Assembly (NCBI GenBank): GCA_963422265.1
Contig: OY729416.1
Location: 32,001-96,000 of the forward strand
Origin: Thermodesulfobacteriota bacterium
GTDB taxonomy: Bacteria > Desulfobacterota_D > UBA1144 > Nemesobacterales > UBA2774
Direction of reading: 5' to 3'
Length of the DNA: 64,000 nt
The position numbers were made by a program, and so were the translations under genes. Shown here piece by piece: positions 1 to 9,300 of the stretch (positions within the stretch are counted from its first letter, which is position 1; each line of letters opens with the position of its first letter). The notes beneath the pieces are model-generated. The model was not told the DNA's origin. It searched no databases and saw only the letters and a list, made by a program, of their open reading frames with translations.

Positions 1-572
1 GAGGGGTGGGAATGACGAGGGTATGTGTGAGTATAAGGGATGATTGATCTTCCCTGATGTTCTATAAAATCCCCTTGTATCCCCCTTTTCTAAAGGGGGA
101 AAAGACAAGATTTCTCGGTTGTATTTTTCCCTTAGGTAGGTTCAGGGATTAGGCAAGGGAATTCCCCTCCTTTTGTAAAGGAGGGATAGTGTGGATTTTC
201 TTTTTGTTTGTAGGGGTGGCTATTGTGGTCGCCCTGAGGTGTGGTGGAGATGTGATAACCACAAGAGTTACCCCTACGAAAAGATGGGAGGGGTGGGAAT
301 GACGAGGGTATATGTGAGTATAAGGGATGGTTGATCTTCCCTGATGCTCTATCAAATCCCCCTTAATCCCCCTTTTCTAAAGGGGGAAAAGATAAGATTT
401 TTCGGTTGTATTTTTCCCTTAGGTAGGTTCAGGGATTAGGCAAGGATATTCCCCTCCTTTTATAAAGGAGGGATAGTGTGGATTTACTTTTTGTTTGTAG
501 AGGTGGCTATTGTGGTCGCCCTGAGGTGTGGTGGAGATGGATAACCACAAGGGTTACCCCTACGAAAAGATG
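1..572. repeat. Tandem ~287-bp direct repeat (2 copies, may continue left of the window) built from several palindromic repeat families
   Basis: GAGGGGTGGGAATGACGAGGGTA starts at 1 and at 288. Both copies carry a CCCCCTTTTCTAAAGGGGG hairpin, a CCCTCCTTTT..AAAGGAGGG hairpin and a GTAG(G/A)GG...CCCCTAC element. Confidence 0.9.
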
Positions 573-606
573 AGGTAGGGGTAGGTTACCATGAGCGTTC
601 CCAACT

Positions 607-1605
607 TTACATCAAATAGCTTTGGAGCAATAAAGCTAGTCCTAGGAAAGTAAATATGCTTACTACTTGGGTTATGGTGGTTACGATTATGGCGGAGGAC
701 AGAGCTGGATCCATGCCCAAGCTCTTCATAATTATCGGGATCAGGGCGCCCGTTGGTCCTGCCGTTATCAGCGTTATAGTCATAGCGCAGCCTATAACCA
801 ACCCAAGGTAAGGATTCCCCTGCCATAGCCAAGAGGCGGCTCCAATTACTATGCCCAGTATAACCCCGCTTATAAGCGCTAGCTTGGTTTCTTTAAGTAT
901 TAGCTTAAAAGCGTTTTCCTTTGAGACTTCTCTCATCGTCAGACCCCTCATAGTTACGGCGAGAGATTGAGACGCCGAGTTGGCGGCTTGGTCAGTAATC
1001 ACTGGTATAAATATCGCAAGCGCCGTTATTTTAGCGATTAAACCCTCAAACATAGAGACGACTATTCCTGCAAGGAAAGCGGCAAGCAGATTTACGTGTA
1101 GCCACGGAAGTCGTTTGCTAAGAGAGAACTTTACGGAGGAGAATGCCCTTTCAGAAGCGCCTACGCCAAACATCTTTTGAATACCTTCAGAGACCCTTTT
1201 AGTCTCTTCGTCCATCAACTGATGCGTAGTTATTATTCCCAACAGGTGATTCTCATCGTCAACGACGGGTGCGGCGAAGTATCCCGTGTTTGACAATTGC
1301 TCTGCTACCCGATTCCTATCGGCAAACGCGTTTATTGAAAAGACGTTTTTAATCATTATTTCGTTCAGCGTTGCTTCAGGGTCAGCCAGAATCAGGTCTC
1401 TCATATTTAACACGCCTACTAGGTGATTTTCTGAGTCAATTACATAGACGTATGAAGTGGGATTCTGGGCGTGGGTAATCCACCTGAGCTTTTCAATGGT
1501 TTCCATAACCCTGAGCTCTTTGTGAAAGCAAATCGCGTTAGGGCTCATTATCCCGCCGGCACTTCCCTCGGGATAAGCGGTAGTTTTATTTGGTTCTTCC
1601 GTCAT
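607..1605 (-). CDS. mgtE: MgtE-family divalent cation transporter (CBS pair plus 5-TM domain, no N-terminal domain, TM5 Asp replaced)
   Basis: CBS motifs YVYVID..LVGV and PVVD..LLGII; MgtE motifs KRLPWL.VNL and DPAL. Confidence 0.85.
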   Translation of the reverse strand: MTEEPNKTTAYPEGSAGGIMSPNAICFHKELRVMETIEKLRWITHAQNPTSYVYVIDSENHLVGVLNMRDLILADPEATLNEIMIKNVFSINAFADRNRVAEQLSNTGYFAAPVVDDENHLLGIITTHQLMDEETKRVSEGIQKMFGVGASERAFSSVKFSLSKRLPWLHVNLLAAFLAGIVVSMFEGLIAKITALAIFIPVITDQAANSASQSLAVTMRGLTMREVSKENAFKLILKETKLALISGVILGIVIGAASWLWQGNPYLGLVIGCAMTITLITAGPTGALIPIIMKSLGMDPALSSAIIVTTITQVVSIFTFLGLALLLQSYLM

Positions 1606-1718
1606 GTCGTAGGGTTGGCTCTTCCTCTCTGCTCCGCCATAGCGTTTGTAGGCGTTTGGCTAGGGACGGACGGCTGCGCTAGGACATGCTAGCGCGACCG
1701 TTGCTAAACTAATGACAA

Positions 1719-1793
1719 TGGCTGGGCCGGGAGGGCTCGAACCTCCACAGCAGGCTCCAAAGGCCTGAGTCCTACCAATTAGACGACGGCCCA
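1719..1793 (-). tRNA. tRNA-Gln(TTG)
   Basis: Reverse complement TGGGCCG...CAGGC-CTTTGGA-GCCTG...GGTTCGAGCC...CGGCCCAGCCA; CCA encoded. Confidence 0.95.
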
Positions 1794-2055
1794 ACGTTTT
1801 AAGGCAATGTCTAGTTGTTGGTTAGCTAATAACTCATGTACGAAAGCATCCGCGGGAACATAGAAATAACAATGCCATGATGTTACCAAGATTTTGTTTG
1901 CTAAGCAAGAGCCGTTCCTTCCATGTCTTTGGTAGCTTCCCATGTCTTTGGCAGCTTCAATGGACAGGGGGGGTAGAGTTAAACCCCATGCGATGCCAAT
2001 CTGAGCGACGCCAATCTGACGCCGAGCAAGGAAAGGGGGAAAAAGAATGAAGCGT

Positions 2056-3030
2056 CTAGCCTATAAGGAGGTTGCCGTCTTTCATTATTAGGCGATCGTC
2101 AACCGTTACCGTGGGCGACGTTACGACCCCATCTAGGTGGCTTGCGACCCTTACTGTCCCGCCCATGCTTTTGTTATCTCCGAACGCAACGTGGATAGTT
2201 CCTATAGCCTTCTCATCTTCAAGAACGTTTCCCGTTATAATGGCTTTGTCGTGGGTTCCTATGCCGAGCTCCGCAAGGTTAAAGGCGAGTTTGCCAAAGG
2301 GCTGCATTATGGAGTAGAGCTTTTGCGCTCCTTTGCCCCCCGTAATGTCGGTGGCGTATCCATCCTCGACCTTTACCCTTATTACCTCATCCTCGAGCTT
2401 GCCTACGCCAGCCATTGATCCATCGAATACAACGACCCCGTTTGATGCGCCCTCAATAGGTGCCAAGTAAGCCTCTCCCGCGGGGAGATTGCTAAAGTCG
2501 CCCGGGTTGTGGTTCAGCCCCGTGTCAGGAAGTCCATCCCTTCCTTCTATCGTTATATCTAGGTCTGTCCCGCTTTTGGTTGTGATTTTGACCTTTGAGC
2601 CTTTGGTTATGATTTCCGCTATCCTGACGCTTCTTTCAGCTATCAGCTCGTAGTCGGCGTTTAACGTCCTTATCATCACGTCGCGCGTAATGCCCGGAAG
2701 GGTAGCAATTCTTACGCCAATTCTGCTCGCCTCTCTACGTGAATCGGTATGGCTCAACGATTTTGAAGTCGGGATTAGGATTACGTCAACCGATTTCATT
2801 AAGTCCGCTATAGGTTTTGGGGGCTCTTCTCCGTGTGATTCTCTGGGGATTATTTCGGCTACAATCGCTTCAGCTCCCAACTCTTTAGCCGCTTGCCATA
2901 GGGCATAACCGATTTCCCTTGCGGGTTCGTCAGTTATTACGAGCGTCTTCTCTCCCCTTTTTACCGCCATGCAGTCTCGGACGGCGATCAGCGCCGAGTT
3001 TCTAAACTCGTCCATATTGTAAGCCTCCAA
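2056..3030 (-). CDS. M29-family (aminopeptidase T-like) metalloaminopeptidase
   Basis: Motifs NLPAGE, AELGIG, EDEK..GTIHVAFGDN and HLD. Confidence 0.85.
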   Translation of the reverse strand: MEAYNMDEFRNSALIAVRDCMAVKRGEKTLVITDEPAREIGYALWQAAKELGAEAIVAEIIPRESHGEEPPKPIADLMKSVDVILIPTSKSLSHTDSRREASRIGVRIATLPGITRDVMIRTLNADYELIAERSVRIAEIITKGSKVKITTKSGTDLDITIEGRDGLPDTGLNHNPGDFSNLPAGEAYLAPIEGASNGVVVFDGSMAGVGKLEDEVIRVKVEDGYATDITGGKGAQKLYSIMQPFGKLAFNLAELGIGTHDKAIITGNVLEDEKAIGTIHVAFGDNKSMGGTVRVASHLDGVVTSPTVTVDDRLIMKDGNLLIG

Positions 3031-3086
3031 TAGATAAAATCGTATTTCTTAAAGGCTGGATTTCTTGGCTTGGCGTAATCAATCCC

Positions 3087-4064
3087 TTATTCTATCAAGT
3101 CTAATTCTTTTACGCGTCTCACCCTTTCAGCCCTAATTTCTTTTCTTGCCTGCGCTTTCTTCCACAGTCTAATCTCTTCCGGGGTCTCAGGATTAAATTC
3201 AGGCACGGGCTTGGGTCTTCCATCATTTCCCACGTGAACGAAGCTTAGGAAGGCGGTGCACGTGTGTTTCTGCTCGCCAGTCATAACGTTCTCTGACAGC
3301 ACCTTGATTCCTACCTCGAGCGAAGTGCGTCCTACGTATGTAATTCCTGCCTTGAATATGATAATGTCTCCTACTTTAATGGGGGAATAAAAGTAAAGAT
3401 TGTCAAGGGAGCCTGTAACCATTATCCCTTTTACGAACCTCATGGCTAATATAGCGGCTGTCTCATCTATATCTAGCATAAGCTTGCCCACAGACATAAA
3501 ATTTCCATAAAAGCTGTCCTCGGGCATCACAACCTTAGTGGTTTCAAGTCGCTTTCGGACTATTTCAGTTTCATCGATTGTGCTCCTTGCCTGCTCATTC
3601 CTCTTGCTTATTTCAGGCAACCTGCTTTCCCTTCTCTTTTGCGCCTGAGCGTAAATAGACGCCTCGTCCCCGTCAAAAGGGGTTATATTCTCGGTGATGT
3701 TTCTTGTGTCTCCGTCTTTGTTCACAGCGACGAACGCCATGTGAGAATAGGTCGCCAGCTTTCTTTCACCTGTCTCAGGGTTTTCTGAATAGGCGGTTAC
3801 GCCTATCTCCATGGAGCTTGAGCCTATGTATTCTATCCAACCATCTAGCGTGACGATTTCTCCCACCTTGACGGGATTTAGAAAATCAATGCTGTCGGTA
3901 GCACCCAAAACGGTGATGCCTTTGGCGGTTCGTGAGGAGTTGATGCTGCCCGCTAGCATAATCCAGTCCATCAACCTGCCTCCGTGGAGCGTCCCGTGCG
4001 TGTTAGCGTGTTCAGGAAAAACGAATTGAACCATCCTATTCCTGGTTTCTTTTATCGACGGCAT
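3087..4064 (-). CDS. Double hot-dog acyl-CoA thioesterase
   Basis: Two hot-dog domains: VFPEHAN.HGTLHGG and F.SPIKVGD...YVGRTSLEVG. Confidence 0.9.
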   Translation of the reverse strand: MPSIKETRNRMVQFVFPEHANTHGTLHGGRLMDWIMLAGSINSSRTAKGITVLGATDSIDFLNPVKVGEIVTLDGWIEYIGSSSMEIGVTAYSENPETGERKLATYSHMAFVAVNKDGDTRNITENITPFDGDEASIYAQAQKRRESRLPEISKRNEQARSTIDETEIVRKRLETTKVVMPEDSFYGNFMSVGKLMLDIDETAAILAMRFVKGIMVTGSLDNLYFYSPIKVGDIIIFKAGITYVGRTSLEVGIKVLSENVMTGEQKHTCTAFLSFVHVGNDGRPKPVPEFNPETPEEIRLWKKAQARKEIRAERVRRVKELDLIE

Positions 4065-4172
4065 ACTATTTCTCGTAAGGGTTAATAATACTAAGAGTCA
4101 ATACTATCAGTGATAATTTACACTAGAGATTGAATAAAGGATACAGATTAAGCTGTAGATAGATAATCAAAG

Positions 4173-4727
4173 TCAAATGAGAGACAATAAATCGCCTATG
4201 TCAAATACGCGGTAGAACTGGATGCCCATCCCACGAAGCCTTGTTTCCGCCCCCTCTTTTCTATCTACTATGGCAAGCAGTTTCTCAACCTGAGCGCCGC
4301 GGTCTCGCACGGCTTCGATGGCTTTGATAACTGATCCCCCAGTTGTTACAACGTCTTCCACTATTGCGACCTTATCCCCGCGTTGCAAGTCGCCCTCTAT
4401 CAGCCTTCCCGTTCCGTGCCCCTTTTCACTCTTGCGGACTAAAAACCCCTTCATTGGATAGTCCTGCTCGTAGCTTGTGGAGAGGACGGCACCCACTATG
4501 GGGTCAGCTCCTATCGTAGGTCCACCCACGGCATTAATAGAAGAATCTTTTTTGATTTCCTCAAGGAATACCTTGCCTATTAGATTAACCCCTTCGGAGT
4601 CGAGAGTCGTGAGTCTAGCATCTATGTAATAATCACTTCTCTCACCAGAAGCTAGGGTAAAGTTGCCCCTTAGGATAGATTTCTCCTGCAAAATCTTCTT
4701 TAGCCTTTCTCTGTAGCTTAGAGACAT
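4173..4727 (-). CDS. pyrE: Orotate phosphoribosyltransferase
   Basis: FTLASG..S.YYID, VRK..K.HG and PRPP motif VEDVVTTGGS. Confidence 0.95.
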   Translation of the reverse strand: MSLSYRERLKKILQEKSILRGNFTLASGERSDYYIDARLTTLDSEGVNLIGKVFLEEIKKDSSINAVGGPTIGADPIVGAVLSTSYEQDYPMKGFLVRKSEKGHGTGRLIEGDLQRGDKVAIVEDVVTTGGSVIKAIEAVRDRGAQVEKLLAIVDRKEGAETRLRGMGIQFYRVFDIGDLLSLI

Positions 4728-5064
4728 TATGGGGGGAGAATTTACCCTCGCCTGCGCGTCGCTGTCAATAAAGTTCCTTGCCTCCGCTCACTGGTATTTG
4801 ATGCAGCAGTATGATGATATTTGTTCGGAGCAGGCAAGTTCATAATGGCGGTTATACGACTTCTTAACTCTATTTCCTATATGCAAATGAGGTGCGTAGA
4901 GGACGCGACGATATATCTCCACATATATTTTCTAAGTGGGGATTCGGGAGCATGCCTGACACGTGGACAAGCGTATGATACTATTCCCCCTAGTATTCTC
5001 CTTCATATTTGGATGTTTTATCGCTTCCCGTTAATTGCCTAGAAATGACTAGAAAAACCCGGAA

Positions 5065-6144
5065 ATGACTAGAAAAACAATGACTAGAGAAAAGGTAAAT
5101 TTTAAGGAGATATTCGATTCGTTACCTGAATCTATAGTAATACTGGATAAGAATTTTTACGTTCAAGATATGAACGACAATGCCGAGTCTAAATTCAGAA
5201 TATCACGAAAAAAGGCGCAGGGAAAGCCTTCGAGTGTCTTCATGCCCGAAGGGGTCGAGCGCGTAGCTAGAAGGGCGCTTGAAGAGGGTAGAACAGTGTT
5301 TGGAGACGCAATGCAGCCGCTTCTAAGAGATGGCAACAAAATCTCCATCCAGCCCGTAGCGTCACCCCTGTTTACAAAGCATGGCAGAATAAAAGGCGCC
5401 CTTGTAGAAATAAAAGACCTTACTGCAAGCAAGTTTCTAAATACCAAAAACGCGCAGGAGGTATCGGCTTCAGAGTTGGGTGACTTAGTGCAGGGGCTTG
5501 CGCATGAGCTAAAGAACCCTCTTAGCGGAATAAGAGGAGCCGCTCAACTGCTCGTCAATGACGCGGGCGACAAGGAGACTGTGAAGTGCGCTGAAATAAT
5601 AACTAAAGAAGTGGATAGGCTTCGGTCTCTTCTTGACACGCTAAGGCAGCTAGAACCCTTTGCCGAAGGGACGCTGGAGCCCATAGACGTCCACGAAATA
5701 CTTATGGAGATCGTATATCTCGAGCAGCAGACGGCATCAGCCTCCCACGTTACTTATAAACAAAACTACGACGTTACGCTACCCCCTATTCACGGCGATA
5801 TGAATTCGCTAAAGCAGGTTTTTTTGAACCTTATTAAAAATGCCTGCCAGTCAATTGACGGCGAGGGAATGATAGAGATTTCTACAAGGTGGCTTACCGA
5901 GCACAAGCTAAAAGGTCAGAACTCATTGGTAGTGGAGATAAAGGATACTGGCAGGGGAATACTCGATAGCTCCCTGGACAAAATCTTTAGTCCCTTTTAT
6001 ACTACTAAGAAAGAAGGGTCGGGCTTTGGCTTGTTCCTCGCTTATCAGGTCGTAGCCAAGCACCGCGGGGCTATTCTAGTGGAGAGTGAGATGGGTAAAG
6101 GGACGACGTTCAAGGTCTATCTGCCTATAACGAGCACAGTTTGA
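5065..6144 (+). CDS. PAS-domain sensor histidine kinase, NtrB-like
   Basis: H-box LAHELKNPLSGIRGAAQLL, N-box QVFLNLIKNA, DTG.GI and GSGFGL; N-terminal PAS domain. Confidence 0.85.
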   Translation: MTRKTMTREKVNFKEIFDSLPESIVILDKNFYVQDMNDNAESKFRISRKKAQGKPSSVFMPEGVERVARRALEEGRTVFGDAMQPLLRDGNKISIQPVASPLFTKHGRIKGALVEIKDLTASKFLNTKNAQEVSASELGDLVQGLAHELKNPLSGIRGAAQLLVNDAGDKETVKCAEIITKEVDRLRSLLDTLRQLEPFAEGTLEPIDVHEILMEIVYLEQQTASASHVTYKQNYDVTLPPIHGDMNSLKQVFLNLIKNACQSIDGEGMIEISTRWLTEHKLKGQNSLVVEIKDTGRGILDSSLDKIFSPFYTTKKEGSGFGLFLAYQVVAKHRGAILVESEMGKGTTFKVYLPITSTV

Positions 6145-6386
6145 AAGCACGTTCCTGTATGTATTAAGCGAGGGCAGGGGTGTCCAGGGGGTATGTGTAA
6201 AGGGAAGTCTGAATTGTTCCCTGCTTTTGTGGTTGCCCTGAGGTATGGTGGAGATGGGTAACCACAAGGGTTACCCCTACAGGTGATGGAAAGGCGGGAA
6301 TGATGGAGAAGCACTCTCGCCCTGTATCCCTCTCCCTACTGGGAGAGGGGAATATAAAGAAACTTGATTGGGAAGGGTTACCCCTA
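6142..6386. repeat. Composite palindromic (REP-like) island
   Basis: Contains TTGTGGTTGCCC...GGGTAACCACAAGGGTTACCCCTAC, GGGAATGA and CCCTCTCCCTACTGGGAGAGGG. Confidence 0.8.
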
Positions 6387-9300
6387 AAACAAGGGGCTGT
6401 TGCTTGAACCTACCCTCAACCTACTACAAATACGAACTGCGGGGATGAGTGCTACTAACAGCAATAGAAGAGCTAAAACCCCAGCGCCTTCACCCTTTCC
6501 TTCTGCACCAATAAGAGAGCAGCCCCTGCCTCCTCCGCAACTTTCAGAATCACATCCCTCACAGTCTCCCCCTTCATTCTCTTCTATACTCGTATCCATG
6601 CCCTCTACGTTGACGGTTGAACATCCATCGTTGTATATGCCTCCCCCTGAAGATGCAAAGTTATTAGTTATAGTCGTAGATGACAGAGTTACTATTCCCC
6701 CCTCCACGTTCTTTATCGCTCCGCCGTTCTCCGACGCTTTGTTATCTCTCAACGTAACGCCCTTTAGCTCTAGCTCACCTCTATTCAGTATAGCTCCGCC
6801 CCCACCTTCTACACACCCGCCTCTGATTGTCGCATTTTCAATATATAGGATACCACCCTCGGCTACTGAAAATATACGGAACTTCTTTGCACTATCATCA
6901 TCGCAGCCTAAATCTGCGTCCCGCTCTATTATGGCTCCATTGCCCTCTATCTTTATTTTCACTCCATTTGGTATTTCTAGCAACGCGCTCTTACCTTCTT
7001 CCTTTTCTCCTCTCCCGATACTGCTGAGGGCAGAGTCGGACGTTGGGTCAAATAAAGTCGTCTCTGCCTTGCTGAACTTATACGTTCTCCCTTTTTCTAA
7101 CACAATTTTTTGTGATGTAGAAGTCGTGTCCTTATTATCATAATCATCACCGCCCTGTTTTACTGCAGAACCTTCAGCGTCATTAAACTCAATTATGTTG
7201 TGAGGATCCTCAGGTGTTGCTATGACTGGGTCAGACGGTGTTCCTACAATGTTGCCAGCAATCGCGCGGATTTGGAAGTGATGTTCGACTTCGTTGGTCA
7301 GCCCACTCACGGTGTAAGAATCCGTGAATTGTCCACTGTTCGGAATGTCAGTCCAGTCTGAGGATTTGCTAGTGTCAGTGGGGACCCACCACTTGAACTG
7401 ATACTTCGTGATGTCGGAGTTAAGAGGATCATTCCATGACAAGTTCACCTCACCATCTCCCACTGTTGTCGTAAGGTTTGCAGGAGCACCTGGGGCTTCA
7501 ATAGTATCGGTGTCATTAAACTCAATTCTGTTGTGAGGATCCTCAGGTGTTGCTGTGACTGGGTCGGTCTGTGCTCCTAGAACGTTGCCAGCAATCGCGC
7601 GGATGCGGAAGTAATGTTCGACTTCGTTGGTCAGCCCACTCACGGTGTAAGAATCCGTGAATTGTCCACTGTTCGGAATGTCAGTCCAGACCCTGTATTT
7701 GCTAGTGTCAGTGGGGACCCACCACTTGAACTGATACTTCGTGATGTCGGAGTTAAGAGGATCATCCCATGACAAGTTCACCTCACCATCGCCCACTGTT
7801 GCCGTAAGTGCTTGGGGCTTTTCTGGAGCTTCAATAGTATCGGTGTTGTGAGGATCCTCAGGTGTCGCTGTGACTCGCAGGGATGAATCTCCTACAATAT
7901 CGCCGACTATAGCGCGGATGTAGAGATTATGGCTTACGCCGTTGGTCAGCCCTATCACCGTGTAAGAAGTCGTGTCCTTATCACTGTTTGGAATGTCAGT
8001 CCAGACCATGTATTTGTTATTATAGCCCCACCACCTTACCTGATACTTCGTGATGTTAGTGTTATTAGGCTTATCCCATGACAACGTTACCTGTGATATT
8101 CCTGCTGTCGCTTTAACTCCCTGAGGCGCGCCCGGGGCTAGCTCTGGCACTCCCGTTGTTGGCATTACCGTGATGCGCGAGGACGAATCTCCTACAATAT
8201 CGCCGACTATAGCGCGGATGTAGAGATTATGGCTTACGCCGTTGGTCAGCCCTATCACGGTGTAAGAAGTCGTGTCCTTATCACTGTTTGGAATGTCAGT
8301 CCAGTCTTTGTATTTGTTATTATAGCCCCACCACCTTACCTCATACTTCGTGATGTTAGGGTTGCTAGGATTGCTCCATGATAGCTCCACCTTGCCGTCC
8401 CCCGGTATCCCTGTAAGATTTGAGGGCCTGCCCGGACCCGGTATCCCCGTAATAACAACGGATGGCTTTCCTTCAACATTGCCAGCCATTGCGCGGACCT
8501 GGAAGCGATAGAGGGTGCGGTTGCGTAGAAATCGCTCCGTGTAATCGGTCGTGTCCTTATCACTCCCCGGCATGTTAGTCCAGTCCTTGTATGCGCCGCT
8601 AATTGGAGTCCACCGCTTGACCTGATACTCGGTGATGTTAGGGTTATTAGGATTATCCCATGACAACGTTACCTGTGATATTCCTGGTGTCGCTGTAACT
8701 CCCTGAGGCGCGCCCGGGGCTAGCTCTGGCACTCCCGTTGTTGGCATTACCGTGATGCGCGAGGACTCCTCTCCTACAACCTCGCCGACTATAGCGCGGA
8801 TGTAGAAGTCATGGCTTACGCCGTTGGTCAGCCCACTCACCGTGTAATCGGTCGTGTCCTTATCACTCCCCGGAATGTCAGTCCAGGCTTTGTCTTTGCC
8901 ATTATGTCCCCACCACTTGAACTGATACTTCGTAATGTTGGGGTTATTAGGATTGCTCCATGATAGCTCCACCTGTCCGTCCCCCGGTGTCCCCGTAAGA
9001 TGTGCAGGACTGCCCGGGGCCCGATCCCCCGGTGTCACCGTAAGATTTGCAGGACTGCTCGGGACCTGATCCCCCGGTGTCACCGTAATGATAGCGGATT
9101 CCTGTCCCGGAATGTTGCCAACGACTGCACGAACTTGGAAGCGATAGAGGGTGCCGTTGCGTAGAAATCGCTCCGTGTAAAGGACCGTGTCTGCTCCACT
9201 GTTTGGCATTTTGGTCCAGGCCTTGTATGCTTGGTTATATGGAGTCCACCGCTTGACCTGATACTCGGTGATGTTAGGGTTATTAGGATTATCCCATTTC

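Noticed and set aside
149-832. Small ORFs across repeat islands (also 6076-6314, 14157-14339, 46205-46462)
   Set aside because: They are translations of palindromic repeat DNA.
1606-1718. M-box riboswitch upstream of mgtE
   Set aside because: The gap to tRNA-Gln is only about 110 nt and shows no recognisable M-box motifs.
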